Shown piece after piece: positions 14,290-30,370 of a stretch of 64,000 nucleotides of DNA (within the stretch, counting starts at the first letter, position 1; each line of letters begins with the position of its first letter). This stretch comes from the human T2T-CHM13v2.0 reference genome, Homo sapiens. The notes under the pieces were generated by a model. It searched no databases, was not told the DNA's origin, and was given only the letters and a program-made list of their open reading frames with translations. The stretch lies in NCBI RefSeq assembly GCF_009914755.1, contig NC_060937.1, one strand, 5' to 3'. The position numbers and the translations under genes were made by a program.

Positions 14290-14525
14290 GAATTAGTCAG
14301 AGTTCTCCAGAGAAACACAACCAATAAGATAAGATAACCCACTTATAGGAATTGGTTATTATTTCTACAACCAATTATAGGAATTGACTAATATGGTTAT
14401 GGAGAAGTTCTATGATCTGCTGTCTGCAAGCTGGAAAACAAGAAAAGCTGAGATGTAATCCAGCCTAAGCTCAAAGGCCTAAGAGCCAGGGGGTCCAGTG
14501 GTGTATGTCCCAGTCCAAGTCCATT
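14290..14525 (-). mobile_element. MLT2 (ERVL LTR) fragment
   Basis: attagtcagagttctccagagaaacacaaccaataaga...tctgctgtctgcaagctgga. Confidence 0.75.
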
Positions 14526-14542
14526 AAGAGTTGTTATGTCTT

Positions 14543-14855
<313 letters not shown>

Positions 14856-14970
14856 TTATTTATTATTAGGTAATGTTCCTCTTTATTCTTGATAATTTTC
14901 CTTGATCTGAAGTCTGTTTTTTCTGAAAGTAATATAGTTACTTGAGCTTTATTAAAATTATTAGAATTAG

Positions 14971-15291
<321 letters not shown>

Positions 15292-17604
15292 CATCTTTTA
15301 ACTTTTAATCTATGTGTCTTTATGTTTAAAGTGGATTTTCTATAGACAACATAAAGTTGGGGCTTGTTTTTTTAATCTACTATGAGAATCTCTGTTTTTA
15401 ATTGGTGTATTTAAGCCATTTATAGTTAAAGTGATTATTGATATGGCTGGATTAATATCTACCATATTTTTCACTGTTTTCTCTTCATTGTCTCCCTTTC
15501 TTTTGTCTTCTACTCTTCTTGTCTTCTTGGTTTTAATTGAGCATTTTTTATAATTCTATTTTTCTCCTCTCTTAGCATATCAGTTATACTTCTTTCATGG
15601 TTGCCCTTGAGTTTGCAATATACACTTACAACTAATCTAAGTCCACTTTTAAATAACACTATACTACTTCACACATCATACAAATAGCTTAAAGCAAAAT
15701 TCTCAATTCCTCACTCTCATTCCTTATAACATTGCTGTCATTTGTTTTGCTTATCTAATAGCTATAATCACAAAATATATTGTTGCTATTATTATTTTAA
15801 ATAAATGTTATATGTTAGCTCAGTTCAAATTAAGAAAACTAAAAGACAATTTTACCTCAGTTATTCTTCCTCTAACACTTTTCTTGTTGAAAGTTCTTCA
15901 GAGAGAACTTATTTTAACATTTCTGGCAACCTAAATAAGTTTTTTAAATTTTTGTCTGTTTGAGAAAGTCTTTACTTCTCCTTCACTTTTTAAGAATAAC
16001 TTTGCTGAATACAGAATTCTAGGTTGGCAGGTTTTTTCTTTCAACACTTTAAATATTTTACTTCACTCTCTCCTTGGTTGCATGTTTCCTGAAGAGAAGT
16101 CTGATATAATTCTCCTCCTTGCTCCTCTAAGATTTTATTTTTCTCTGTTTTTTTTTCAAGATTTTCTGTTTATCTTTGATTATCTGCAGTTTGAGTATGA
16201 GATGATTAGGTCTAGACTTTCTGGTTATTAATTTTGCTTGGTATCTTCTGAGCTTCCTGGATCTGTGGTTCAGTACCTACCATTACTTTTGGAAAATTCT
16301 GCCATTATTGCTTCAGATTTTTTTGTGTTCCTTTTTCTCTTTCTTTTCCTTTTTGAATTTTTATTATGCATATGTAACACCTTTTATAATTGTCCCACAG
16401 TTCATTAATATTCTGCTCCACTTTTACATTTTTTTCTCCTTGTCTTTCAGTTTTGGAAGTTTCTGTTTACTTTTCTTCAGATTCCCTCGTTCTTTTGTTG
16501 GCTGTGTCCAGTCAATTAATTGGCCCATCAAAGACATTCTTCAATTCTGTTACGAATTTTTTTATTGCTAGCATATTTTTTATTCTTGCTTAAAGTTTTC
16601 ATCTTTCTTCTTACATTATCCACCCATTTGTGCATATTGCTATCTTTTTCCATTAGCACCCTAAGTGTATTAATCATAGTTGTTTTAAATTCCCAGCATT
16701 TCTGTCATACCTGAGTCTGGCTCTGATGCTTGCTCTGTCTCTTCAAACTGTGTTTTGTATATTTTAGTATGCCTTATATTTTTGGTTAAAAACCAGACTT
16801 GATGTATTGGCTAAAAGGAACTGAGGCAAATAGGCCTTTAGAGTGAGGTGTTATGTTTGTCTGGCTAGGAGTAAAATTGTGTTTGTGTTTGTTGTAGCTA
16901 TAGGCATTGGATACTAAAATTTCCTTTGGTATCCCTGTTTTTTGTCTCCCTTGTTTTCTTTGCTTTTCCCTAGAGACATCTTAGATAAGATCTGAGATGA
17001 GTATTCCTTTTAGTTGTGTTCCCATTATTATATAGGAGCTCTATTGATGTGGTAGTAAGAGGGGTATGTGTATTGAGGGGAAATATTCTATAGTCTTATG
17101 ATTAGATCTGTCTTTTAGTGAGCCTGGTTTCTGGGCTGTGACCTTCATAAGTCTATTGATGAGAGCAGTTCTACTTTGACTTGTTTTATCTTCCCACCCC
17201 TGTCAGACAGGAAAGCTAGAGGGTCTGGAGATGGGCATTTTCTTTCCGCCACACAGAAAGCTAGAGCAGGGTGGAGTTCGGTATTCCCTTTCCCCCAGGT
17301 TGGTAAGGCTCTGGTAAAATTCCAGTTGGTTAGTCTCTGGTAAAGTCAATTTCCTTTGAGGCAGGTCTTGTTAAGAACAGAATGCCCAAGGTGTATTTTA
17401 AAATAGCTACTTTTTCTCCTTCCCCTCTGGAAGCACAGATTTTTCTCAGATCTTCACTGTGAGAAACTGGGGAGGAACGTGGTAGTAAAACACTCAACAG
17501 TGTGTAGGTCCCCCTAAGACTGGGCACACTGGTGTTTTTAAGTCTTAGATATGTCCATAATGAAATTCTAGAGATATGTCAAATATAGTTTAAATTTAAT
17601 TGCA

Positions 17605-18140
17605 CTGTGATCCAGCAATCCCACTTCTGGGTGTATATCTAAAAGAATCCAAAGCAGAATCTCAAAGAGATATTTGCACAACCATGTTTATTGCAGCATT
17701 ATTCACAATAGCCAAGAGGTGGAAGTAACCCAAATGTCTGGGTATTAATGGGTAAAGAAAATGTGATATATACATACAATGAAATATTATGAAGCCTTAA
17801 AAAAAGAAGGAAATTTTGTCACATGGATAAACTTTGAGGACATTACGCTAAATAAAATAAGCCAATCACAAAAGGACAAATACTGTGTGATTCCACTCAT
17901 AGGAAGTATCTAAAGTACTCAAAACAGAAACCGAAAGTAGAAGAAAGGTGCTTTCCAGGGGCTAGGGGGAGGTTAGAGAGGGAATTACTGTTTAGTAGGT
18001 ATAGAGTTTTAGTGTTGCAAGATGGAAAAGTTCTAGCAATCTGTTGCACAACAATGTGCATACACTTAACACTGCTATACTGTACATTTAAAAACTGTTA
18101 AGATGGTAAATTTTATGTTATATATTTTTACCACAATAAA
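17605..18140 (+). mobile_element. L1MB-like 3' end
   Basis: gatccagcaatcccacttctgggtgtatatc...aagatggtaaattttatgttatatatttttaccacaataaa. Confidence 0.85.
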
Positions 18141-18149
18141 GAAGGAAAA

Positions 18150-19490
18150 TATGCTAAGATTTTAATGGAGGCTGTTTGGAATATTTGTCTTTCATTGAGG
18201 AAGAACTGACATCTTCATTTTGAGTCTTGATCTCCATAAATAATTGTGTATCTCCACCTATTTAGAGTTTCTTTATTCTCTTTATATGTTTTATAGTTTT
18301 CAGTGAAAGGGAGTTTTACATTTTTTGTCAGATTTTCTGTTACTAGTTCATATTTTTGTCATTTTGTAAATGGTAGCTTTTTAGATTCTACTTTCTGAAT
18401 GTTCATTTCTAGAATATAGAAATACAACTGATTTTTGTATATTGATCTTATATTCCTGCTATTTTGAGAAACTTGCTTGTTAGTTCCACTAGGGTTTTTT
18501 CATCGATTCCATAGGATTTTCCACATAGATGATCATGTTATCTGAAAATAAAGACAGTTTTAATTATTTCTTTTCAATCCAGATGCCTTTTATTTCTTTT
18601 TCTTGTCTCATTGCACTGGCTAGAATTTCAAGTATGATGTTGAACAGAAGGAGTGAGAATAGACATCATCTTGTTTCTGAACTTAGGAGGAAAATATGCA
18701 GTATTTCACTAGGAAGTATGATGTTAGCTGTAAGTTTTTTGTAGGTGCCTCTTATCAGTTTGAGGAAGGTCCCTTCTATTCACAGTTTGCTGGGAGTTTT
18801 TAAAAATCTGGAATGGATACTAAATTTTGTCAAATGCTTTTTCTGCATTTATTGAGATGGTTATGAGGTTTCTTAACATGATGAATTATATAGATTAATT
18901 GTTGCATGTTTAACAAACCATGCATTCCTGGAATATGCCTCACTCAGTGTTGATATTTTATTCTTGCTATATATCAATCCTTGTTGGATTTGATTTACTA
19001 AAATTTTGTTTAAAAATTTTGCATATATGTTCATTGAGGATATTAGTCTGTAGCTTTCTTTTCTTGTAATATCTTTGTCTGTTTTTGGTAATTGGGTAAT
19101 GCTGGCATGGAATGAGCAAAATAGTTCCTCTTTTTCAATTTTCTGGAAGAATTTGTATAGAATTTAGTATTATCTCTTCTTTAAATGTATCAATGAAGCC
19201 ACTTCACCTGGGGATTTTTCTTGTGGGAAGATTTTTAAGCATTCAATTTTAAAAATAAATATAGAGACATTTGGGTTATCTATTTCTTCATGAGTGAGGA
19301 TTGCTCATTTTTTTCAATTTATTGGCATAAAGTCATTTATAATATAATATGATTATGCTTTTAATATTTGTATAATCTGTAGTAGTGGCACTTCTCTTGT
19401 TCCTGGTATTGACACTTCATATCTTCTCTCTATTTTCCTGATCAACCTGGGCTACTAGGTTACCCATTTTATTGATCTTCTAAAAAAAAC
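18150..19490 (-). mobile_element. Old L1 (L1MC/MD/ME) ORF2 fragment
   Basis: atgccttttatttctttttcttgtctcattgcactggctagaatttcaagtatgatgttgaa (antisense ORF2 RT region). Confidence 0.8.
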
Positions 19491-19499
19491 ACATTACCC

Positions 19500-19870
19500 C
19501 AATCCCTGCTTCTATCATTACATTGCCTTTTCCTTTTCTGTAGTCAAATTTTCTCCTGCCTCCCTCTTTTTTCATTTCTTTTGAAACGAGGTCTGACTAT
19601 ATTTCCCAGACTGGTCTCAAACTCCTGGACACAAGCAATTCTGCTGTCTCAGCCTCCCAAGTAGGTAGAACCACAGGCATGAGCCACTGCACCTGGCTCT
19701 GCCTCCCTCTTATGAGGACTCTTATGATTCTATTTAGGGTCCATCTGGATCATCCAAGACAAACCACTCCCCCGATCTTTAATCACATCTACAAAGTCCC
19801 TTTTACCATATAGAGTAAAATTCACAGGTTTCCAGTCATTATTTGCATGTCATTAATTATTCCACCACAG
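19500..19870 (-). mobile_element. MLT1 (MaLR LTR) fragment interrupted by a FLAM/Alu monomer (19567-19697, minus)
   Basis: ctcttatgaggactcttatgatt...taatcacatctacaaagtcccttttaccat; Alu monomer flanked by TSD ctgcctccctctt. Confidence 0.7.
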
Positions 19871-19990
19871 CTCTTTTAAATAGTTGCAATGACATTCTAT
19901 ATAGAATTGTGCATCTTGCTTTCTTCACTTGCTATAGTTTATTAGCACTGATTTGTTTACCATGAATGGGCTTCAGGGTGATAGAAAAGG

Positions 19991-20289
19991 TTTATTTTGT
20001 TTTTTATTTTATTTTTATTTTTATTTTTATTTGAGATGGGGTCTCACTGCTGCCCAGGCTGGAGTGTAGTGGCATGATCTCGGCTTGCTGCAGCCTCCGC
20101 CTCTAGAGTTCAAGCAGTTCTCCCACCTCAGCCCTCCGAGTAACTGAAATTACAGGTGGCCGCCACCACGCCTGGCTAATTTTTGCATTTTTAGTAAATA
20201 CGGAGTTTCGAACTCCTGACCTCAGGTGATCCACTCACCTCGGCCTCCCAAAGTGCTGGGATTACAGGTGTGATCCACTGCACCTGGCC
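19991..20289 (-). mobile_element. AluS with small internal deletion
   Basis: Alu consensus; TSD aaaagg(g)tttattt. Confidence 0.9.
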
Positions 20290-20304
20290 AAAAGGGTTTA
20301 TTTT

Positions 20305-20422
20305 AGAAAGAGAGAAAAAGAAAAGAGAGAGAGCAAGAGGAGGGCAAGAGGGCAGGAAGGGAAGAAAACGAAAGGAGGAAGGAAGGAAGGGAGGGAGGGA
20401 GGGAGGGAGGGAGGGAGGGAAA
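20305..20422. repeat. Polypurine (GA/GGAA/GGGA)n low-complexity tract
   Basis: gaaagagagaaaaag...ggaaggaagggagggagggagggagggagggaggga. Confidence 0.9.
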
Positions 20423-20834
20423 TTCCGAGTGGAAGATAAAGGTATGGATCCTCAGGATGATGTGTGAAGACAGAAATCCTAAGAAAGGACACTACACATT
20501 CAAGCTGAAGACAATCCTCACCTGATCTAGTAGGATCCAACATGAAAGTAAAGTATAAAACAAGAAATGTAAGTCACGACACTTAGTTATTATGCTAAAC
20601 AAACATTTGTTGAGCATCTACTATGTGGAAGGCATGATATCAGGTCTAGAGGTAGGCATGAACAAGGGGAAGGGGAAGAAGGAAATGAAAAGATGAATAA
20701 GACAAGGTCCCTGCTCTCAGTGCCCTGCATGTGAGGAGACGAGTCGAGGAATGACTAATGGAAAGCAGAAAAACTTAAGTGCTAAGAAAGAGGTTTCCAG
20801 GTATCAAAGAGGGAGGGACCATGGCCAGCTCTCA

Positions 20835-21191
<357 letters not shown>

Positions 21192-21589
21192 AAAACTTTT
21201 TCAAATGTTTACTATGGAAGCATAAACAGAAGGTTGACCATGTATCCTTTCAATCTGAGAAGTACCTAAACCTTGGGTAATGATAATGTCATCACAGGAA
21301 GAATGTGAAGACGATCCTCAGTTGTACTAACATTGGGCTGCCTCTTGACAACCTAACAGAAAGAACAGCAGCAACTTATCAGAGAAAAAGAAGAAAGCTA
21401 ATAGGGGATCAGCAAGATTGGAAGAAAATTGCAGGGGTAGTTTTGTGCGGGATCCACCCAGCTAGCCAGAAATGTTTCCCAGAATTCCTTTCCTGTGTGA
21501 ATCCAGGTTTGAGTTGGCTACAGGGAAAATATGTGGATGACGTGAAAAGCAAAAGTGCAGCGGCATCCACTAAGCTCTGAAGATCGGTG

Positions 21590-22052
21590 CCAGGTAGAGG
21601 CACAGCTGTGGCTCATGCATGTGGTTGCTGACGTGCTGGCCTCCTGCTGAGTATGGCACAGCAGCTGGGCTCCCTCCAGCTCCCATCCGATCTCTTCCTT
21701 CAGCTCCTCTGAATTTTGGGACAGGCACCGGTGCAGCTCAGGGAGGAGAATGCCAGCTTCTGTAGGTCACCCATGCTGTCGAGGCGAGAGGTGATGGGAG
21801 ACAGACACAGGTTCCAGTTTGTCTTTGTGGGTCGTAGTTTGTCCTTGCAGGTTCCAGTTTGTCTTGCTTGTCCTGTTTCTGGCCTGGCCAACCTACAGCA
21901 ACTTCAAACCCACCCCCAGACAACAAAGGCAAGGGCTTTCCCTAGATATTCACAAGCTCCCACAACTGTGAGAGGTCCAATCTCTACCCAAGTCTCTTAT
22001 TTTGTATCACTCGTTCCGGTTCTGCCTCCCTGGCTGAACCCTGACTTGTGCA
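21590..22052 (+). mobile_element. MLT2-family (ERVL) LTR
   Basis: Repeated gttccagtttgtc motifs; 3' end ggttctgcctccctggctgaaccctgacttgtgca resembles the MLT2 terminus. Confidence 0.65.
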
Positions 22053-24249
22053 GTGCAGCCTGATCCAATGAACCTATCTGGTGAAAAGGGGTTAGGTATC
22101 TTTTTCATTACTTTAGGAAAGGTAAATCCAAGAGATTGCTTACTTTGAAAATATTTACAGAGCTATCAGCAAATATATGGATCTTTTTTACTGTTGAAAT
22201 GCAGATAAAAGCCTCTAACTATCTTCTCCAACCAAATAACTCTTAAGGACCTCAAACTGTGAAATCTAACATGTATTTCTTGATAAACACAGCTACTGGA
22301 CTTTTTTTTAATATCGTAGAAAAATCCTAGACTTCTAAGAAAATAAAAGAGGTCAACCTACAATCAGAGTATAACATTGGTTTTAGTCTCAAAATATTTC
22401 TATTCAACTAAATCCTTTTTCTCCTCTTTAAAAAGCCACTTGAGAAATCCCATTTGACAAGGGATATTACTACAGTTTGTACTGCTCAACATCAGGGCAA
22501 GACTTTTTTCCCCCTTTTGTAAAATCAATTTGAGTTATTTACAATGAACTTAAAAACCATGAACTTTAATGAAAAAGCTTGACAGGTTTGATGTATGATA
22601 GACTAAAGTTTAAAAAAAAGACAGAAAAAGATTTTTTTTTCTCTTTGGCTGTGGGATAAAAACATGGGTCTAGCTACTCAGAGTCACTTCTCAGAGAGCA
22701 GTGTAATAGAGTTGCCCAGTGATTATAAAATTTCTACAGAAAACTAGCTAACAAAGGAGATGTAAATGTTTTTCCATCAATGGAATAATGTAGCAGGAGG
22801 GGGTTGCGTTTCTCCCAACAAACAGAATCTTTTTGTGTGGTGTGTTTGTCTGCAAGCTAGTTGCTGATTACATTATTTGGTTTATTTTGTTGGGGTAGCT
22901 CCTAATAATTATTTTCTGGGAGAACCACAAAATAGATTAAGGTGCAGGACATCCTTCCAGAAGGGGCTGGATTCTGGCCATGGATGGCCTAAAACACTGG
23001 ATGTTTTCAATACATGACTTCATGTCCTCCACGGCATTTGCATCCCAGCTCCTTGTTTGCTTAATGCCTTCACACTAGTTGTAAGCAGTTTCTCAAACAT
23101 AATCTTCAGCTGGGTGTTTACTTTGACCATGGACTTGATTTAGAAAGAACACTTTTTTCAAAGCAAATCCATCCACTCTTGCTGTCTCTAAAGGCAAAAG
23201 AGAATAATTGTGTCATGGCACCCAGCCCTGTGTGTTTAGAGCTTTGAAATGATCCCAAAATTACTTTTCCCCTTTCATTTATTTTCTTCTTAAATCCTGT
23301 TTTACAGTAATCATTGAAGTGACTTCACTACATGGTCAGCTAAATGATGGCTTCAGGAATCTGGCTATTTTAAGTAGTAGAGACTAAATATCCACTTCTC
23401 AGTACAAACCTTTTTAAAAGGTATTTGTTTAATGGATGAGAAATGCCTGGAATATGAATTAAAATGTGCTCAAAGTACAACTGCATTTTTTCTAAAACAC
23501 TCTGTGCAAGAAAATGTAAATTTTGTTCCTTGTTTGTACCTTTCTTCTAGATTGTATTTGTGTCTCTTTATAAGAAATAAAGAGGAAAAGAGCAGGGCAA
23601 ATTTAGAAATAAAAACATATTTTAATATTATTAGTGACTTCTACCTGATCACTTACTAATGAATTTTAAGTCAGTGACTTTGCAATGTAAATATAAAATC
23701 AGTTATATAGTTTGGAAAAACTCTGCACCCTGAGTTCTATCCCTTTCACACATTCTTTGACCCTTTTAAGTTTATCCTTTGGCTATAATGAGTTTATTCT
23801 TTGGCTGAGTTTAATATTTAGACTACAGAAAGAAAAAAATTTGAGTCACTCTAAGTTAGTTTGGCACTTCCTTTAATCTGGTTGTTCTTGTTCAACTCCA
23901 ACCCCTCCCAGCCCCGAATGAGGACAACAATATCAAACAACAATTGGGATATTGGGTGAGAAAGTGCTTCCTAGTTGGGCTTGTAAAGAGGTGAGCTCAG
24001 GAAGTGAGGGCCGCATTTAATTGCTGAATTGATTCACAAGTGCTGAGAGGCTGTTGGAGTTGAATATACTCAGATAGATTCAGGAAGACTGAAAATAATT
24101 AATGAACTTTGTCACTTAAAATTTGGATTTTAAAATATTTTATTTTTGATGCCATTTTGTTTAGAAAATGTCAGAATGTAGAAAGAATGATGGGAATAGA
24201 AAATCATCACTTGGCAGGAATAATTATTTCAGTCAAGAATCATCATCAG

Positions 24250-24575
24250 TGATAATCCAACAATCCCATGACTTCATATGTATCCAAAAGAAAGGAAATC
24301 GGTGTATCAAAGAAACTTCTGCACACTCATGTTTATTGCATCACTGTTACAATGGCCAAGATATGGAATCAACCTAAGTGCCCATCAACAGAAGAATCAA
24401 TAAAGAAAATGTGGTGTATAAACACATGAAATACTATTCAGCCATAAAAAAGAATGAAATCCTGTCAATTGTGACGACATGGATGAACCTAGAGGACATT
24501 ACGTTAGGTGAAGCAAGCCAGGCACAGAAGGACAAATACCGCATGTCTCACTCATATGTGGAATTCTATAAAGCT
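24250..24575 (+). mobile_element. L1MA-like 3' fragment
   Basis: tatggaatcaacctaagtgcccatcaacag...atactattcagccataaaaaagaatgaaatcctgtc. Confidence 0.85.
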
Positions 24576-25181
24576 GATCTGGAATTTGGGGATTGGTTAT
24601 GGGATTCAAACAAAGAGGTACAGATTAAAGAGGATGGAACAAAAACGATTTTTGTTGGAGGGAGTTTTTTTTGGAGGGAGTGTGTGTAGTGAAACCTGTG
24701 AATTTCACAGTAGTTATGGACTGCTAAACAAAAGATTTTCCAATATACAGGCCAAGCAGGGGAGTAAAAAGAAAAGATGACTACAGGCAGAGACACCTGA
24801 AGAATTTTTCAAAGAACTTCCCCATCTTCTCCTTGGCCAGCCCCACAGATGCTGTGACAATCACTCGTGGAGTGGGGTGAGGTTAACACACTACTTATGA
24901 ATCAACAAAAAGTCTCTCATAAATAAAAGATGTCATATGTAGGTTTTTTTTGTTTTTGTTTTGTTTTGTTTGTTTTCTAATTGCACCAAACTCTTTCAGT
25001 GGACATTTTAACAGAAATGAGTGTGCCTTGCAAATTCATATTTTTGGTATGAAAATTGATATTCAAAATGTATCATCAGGTTTTATATTACTAAAAATAT
25101 GAGGTTTGTATAATTTTTAAACCTTCAGATATCCCCAAATATTTTTGAAAAATGCAAAACTGCTGACACCTTTTCAAATAA

Positions 25182-25497
25182 TTTTTTTTTTTTTGAGAGA
25201 CAGGGTCTCACTTTGTTGCCAAGGGTAGAGTGCAATGGTGAGATCATAGCTCTCTGCAGCCTTGAACTCCTGGGCTCAAGCAATCCTCCTACTCAGCCTC
25301 TTGAGTAGCTGAGACCACAGGCGTGCACCACCACTCCTGGCTAATTTGTTTGTTTGGTTTTTTTTTTTTAGAGAAATAACACAGTGGAGGTCTCATTATG
25401 CTGTCCCTGCTGGTCTCAAACTCCTGGGTTCGAGCGATCCTCCTGCCTCCACCTCCCAAAGCACTGGGATTACAGGTGTGAGCCACCATGCCTGGCC
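25182..25497 (-). mobile_element. AluJ
   Basis: gcagccttgaactcctgggctcaagcaatcc; TSD ttcaaataattttt. Confidence 0.95.
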
Positions 25498-25749
25498 TTC
25501 AAATAATTTTTACAATATGTTTAAACAAAAGGTTTCTAAGATGCCTGTACTTGTAAACTCATTACTTTATTACATTTTATATCATATATTATAGAAAAAT
25601 AGTTTTTAAATCTTTCTGTTCTGTTGGCATTAAGATATCTCAATCCTAGCAAGGCAGTTGACATGGGACAGCCAGGCTGAGTCCCAGACGTGCCAGGCAA
25701 ACCATCTTCTGTGTATTGTCATCGCCCCCACCAGGGCCAATGAGTTTAT

Positions 25750-25960
25750 GCTATGAATTGGAACAAAATGAAATCTGAATTCCAGCTTTAGCACTTCCTA
25801 GGAGAACTTGGATGAATAATCTTCCTGAGCCAGTTTTCTCATCTGGAATATGGAGATAATAATGCTGATTTTTCAGAGTTATTGTGAGGATTAAATAATG
25901 CAAATAAAGTATCCAGCATGGAGTCTAATACAAAGTACAAATATAGTATCAGTTCCTTCC
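25750..25960 (+). mobile_element. MIR
   Basis: agttttctcatctggaatatggagataataat...gttattgtgaggattaaataa. Confidence 0.7.
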
Positions 25961-26140
25961 TTTTTTCCTCTTTTCTTATAATCCATGACTAGAACAATTT
26001 ATATGTCAAATCAGCACATGATAATTTTATTGTTTGGCAGTGGATTTATGAATGATTGTTGCATTAGTAAGACCTGAGTAATTAATTTATTAAAGCAGAA
26101 CATAGCATGGACAATAATGATAGTATCTTGATGTCTGTAT

Positions 26141-26397
<257 letters not shown>

Positions 26398-26605
26398 GTA
26401 TTTTGACCTCTGGATTATGGTTAGTCAATTCTGTGTAATTGAGGTCCAATTTAAAAATTAGACATGCTCATGTGTCCAACTAGTACTCTTTTGTCCTCAA
26501 AGTTTAACATTTAAATTAAAATGTTAAGAAGAAAAAATCCTTTTGAAATTTTGCAAAGTTAGGAATCATAGCTCTAGGGATTTCCATGTAAAAAGCTGAT
26601 ATGGG

Positions 26606-26984
<379 letters not shown>

Positions 26985-27010
26985 CTATTTTTGTAATGCC
27001 TCAACCATGA

Positions 27011-27394
<384 letters not shown>

Positions 27395-28222
27395 TGAATG
27401 CCTACTGTGTGCCAAACTGGTTTTGTAGAGGATAGAGAATAGACCTTTGATTTGGGCAAGATGGAGGGCACTGATAACCTTGATGAGAGTGGTATCTGTG
27501 GCGAGGTGAAGACGAAAGCCTGGCTGGAGTTGTTGAAAGAGAAAGTAGGAGATAAGGTGTAAGGACAGTAAAACAGGAAACCTGAGATTTGCTATAAAAG
27601 AAAACCAAAATACTGAGTGATAGCTGAAGGAAGCGTGGAGTCAGATGACTCAAAGTTTATTTTTTCAGGTGAGCACTATAACAGCATATATGTGGGCTAA
27701 AACAGACCCTCAGAGAAGCAGAAATTGATAATGCAAGAGAAGAAGACGGGAGTTTCAGAGCCAAGTCCCTAAAAAGATGAGAGAGAGTGGGATTCTGGGA
27801 CAGCCTTTGGAAAGAGAGGAAAGGCAACATATGTGGACACAGGTAGGGCATGCTGAAAGATTTGAAGATAGGAAGATGAGGTATGTATCATCTGCTTTCA
27901 TTCTTCAATGAAATATGGAGCTAGATCAATATCAGGGTTGATGTGTGTGTAGGACTCGGAAGTCTGAGACTGAAGAAAGAATGTGTGAAACCGCCACCTT
28001 AGGCAGCAGAAATCTAAGTTGATAAAGACAAGGGATGAGATGGCTGGGCAGTGCCACTTGCCAAAGTGAGAACTGTCTGCACGGCATGTGCCCTCTTGGT
28101 CACATTCAGCTGCTCAGGCGCCAGTCCACAGAAGGCAGAAAGCTGTATCTCACCAGTTTGCTTTTCCCTGCAGGCAGTTATAATGGAGGGGTAGGGAGGA
28201 CAAGGGTCTAAAGCATAGACTC

Positions 28223-28521
<299 letters not shown>

Positions 28522-29233
28522 CTACCCTGGAGAAGGACCCAGTGAAAATGATTGATGGAGAGCATTAAAGTCAATAAGTTGGAGGTCTTGCTTGGGTTGA
28601 AAATGTTGGGGTGGAGGGTACTGGAGTAAGTGACCTGCTGAAGGGGAGAGGAGCCGTGAGTGGGAAGTATGATTTAGCAGGTGGTGCAGTTCTTGGTGAA
28701 GATGAGGAGAGATCCTGGGAAGTGAAGACAACAAGGAGAAGTCAATGCGTTGTATGTATCATCGACATAGATGCTGGAGTTTCTCAGCATGATGCAGTAG
28801 TACCTATGGAGAGAAAAGCATGTCTCAAAGGCCATAATCTTCAAGAAATAAGGGGCAGGAATGGGGATATTAGTAGATGACAAGGAGAAGGAGGGGTGGC
28901 TGATGACAAAGCTGCTGGTATGCATGTCAAAGGAGCTGGGAGTTGGAAGGAAGATGGAGGCAAGAGTCAAGCAGGTCACAAGGAATGTGAGATATACTGT
29001 GAGTGTGAGAAGAAAGTCTGCATCCAAGAGAAACAGGGTGAAATTGGTGTCCACAGGAGAAAGGTAAGGCTTCAGTTACAGTAAGAAGCCAACTTAGTAG
29101 GTTATGAATCACTTTCGTGGGACATGACTGAGCTTTAAAAAAACTAAAAGAGAATGTATATAAAAGAACAGAAAATATAAGAGCATAATATTGGATGAGG
29201 TTTAGATAAAATTGTTTTGTAAAATTATTTTTT

Positions 29234-29238
<5 letters not shown>

Positions 29239-29274
<36 letters not shown>
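29239..29274. repeat. (TG)n microsatellite
   Basis: Perfect GT dinucleotide run. Confidence 0.98.
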
Positions 29275-29277
<3 letters not shown>

Positions 29278-29534
29278 GGATATAGACATAAAATCCATTT
29301 CTTATTGTGGGTTGGAGTGAGAAGAGTTTGAAAGCCACAGCATTAGGTGATTATAGGACCCTATGGCGACAAGAATCCCTATGGTGATGAATGGCCTGGG
29401 TGGCTTGGAAATGGGAAGAAAAGTGAGGCATGATGGGATTAATGCCATTGATCTAGTAAGGGAAACTGAGTCATAAAGCCCCAGGCTCTGGTGGCCTGGT
29501 GAGGAGGTGTCTTTCGTCTGTGTCCAGGTTTATG

Positions 29535-30370
29535 TGGCAGCCTTCGCAATTTATCCCTGATACAATAAGCAATATATTTTGGGTTTTGTCCCTGGTTCGT
29601 GGCACAGAGCTCCTAAAACTAAGAATTTCCTGAGTGACTTGGATGTCTTCTGTTATTCATGATAACCCTGCTTTGGATCACACCTGAGCTTATGCTAATG
29701 AGGTGAGTTAGGCTGGGGTCCCTAGGTAGCCTCAGAATTGAGCTGGTCACTGAAAAGATCAAGTGATTAGAGGGCTGGAACTTCCAGCCACACCCACCAA
29801 AGTGGTGGAAAGTGGTGGAGGGCAGCTGGAGCTTAAGTCCTATAAAATTTTTTGAACAATAAGGTTTAATGAACTTCCAGATACGTGAATGCTTGGAGGT
29901 GCCAGGAAGGTCGTGCACCTGGAGAAGGCCTGGAAGTTTTGTGCCCTTCCCACATCCTTTCCCTGAGCATCTCTTCCATGTGGCTTTTCACCTGTATTCT
30001 TTTTAATGTCCTTTATAATCAATCAGTTAATGTGTTTCCCTCAGTGCTGTGAGCCCTCCTAGCAAATTAACTGAACCTGCGGAAGGTGTCCTGGGCACCC
30101 CAACTTATAGCCAGTCTGTCAGCAGCACAAGCCCAGTCTGGGACTTGCAGTTGGCATCTGAAGGGAGGACAGTCTTGTAGGACTGAGCCCTTTAACCTGT
30201 GGGATCTAATGCTACTTCCAGGTAGGCAGAGTCAGAATTGAATTGAATTATAGTATGCCCAGTTGGTGTCTGCTGGAGAATTGCTTGGGGTATGGGGAAA
30301 ATGTCCCACATCTGGTGTCAGCAGGGTTCTGTGTGAGTGTAGAGAAATGAAGTGTGGTTTTCCTCAGACT
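29535..30370 (+). mobile_element. MER21-family LTR
   Basis: ggcacagagctcctaaaac...atcacacctgagcttatgctaatgaggtga...ggactgagccctttaacctgtgggatct...gtcagaattgaattgaattatag. Confidence 0.8.
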
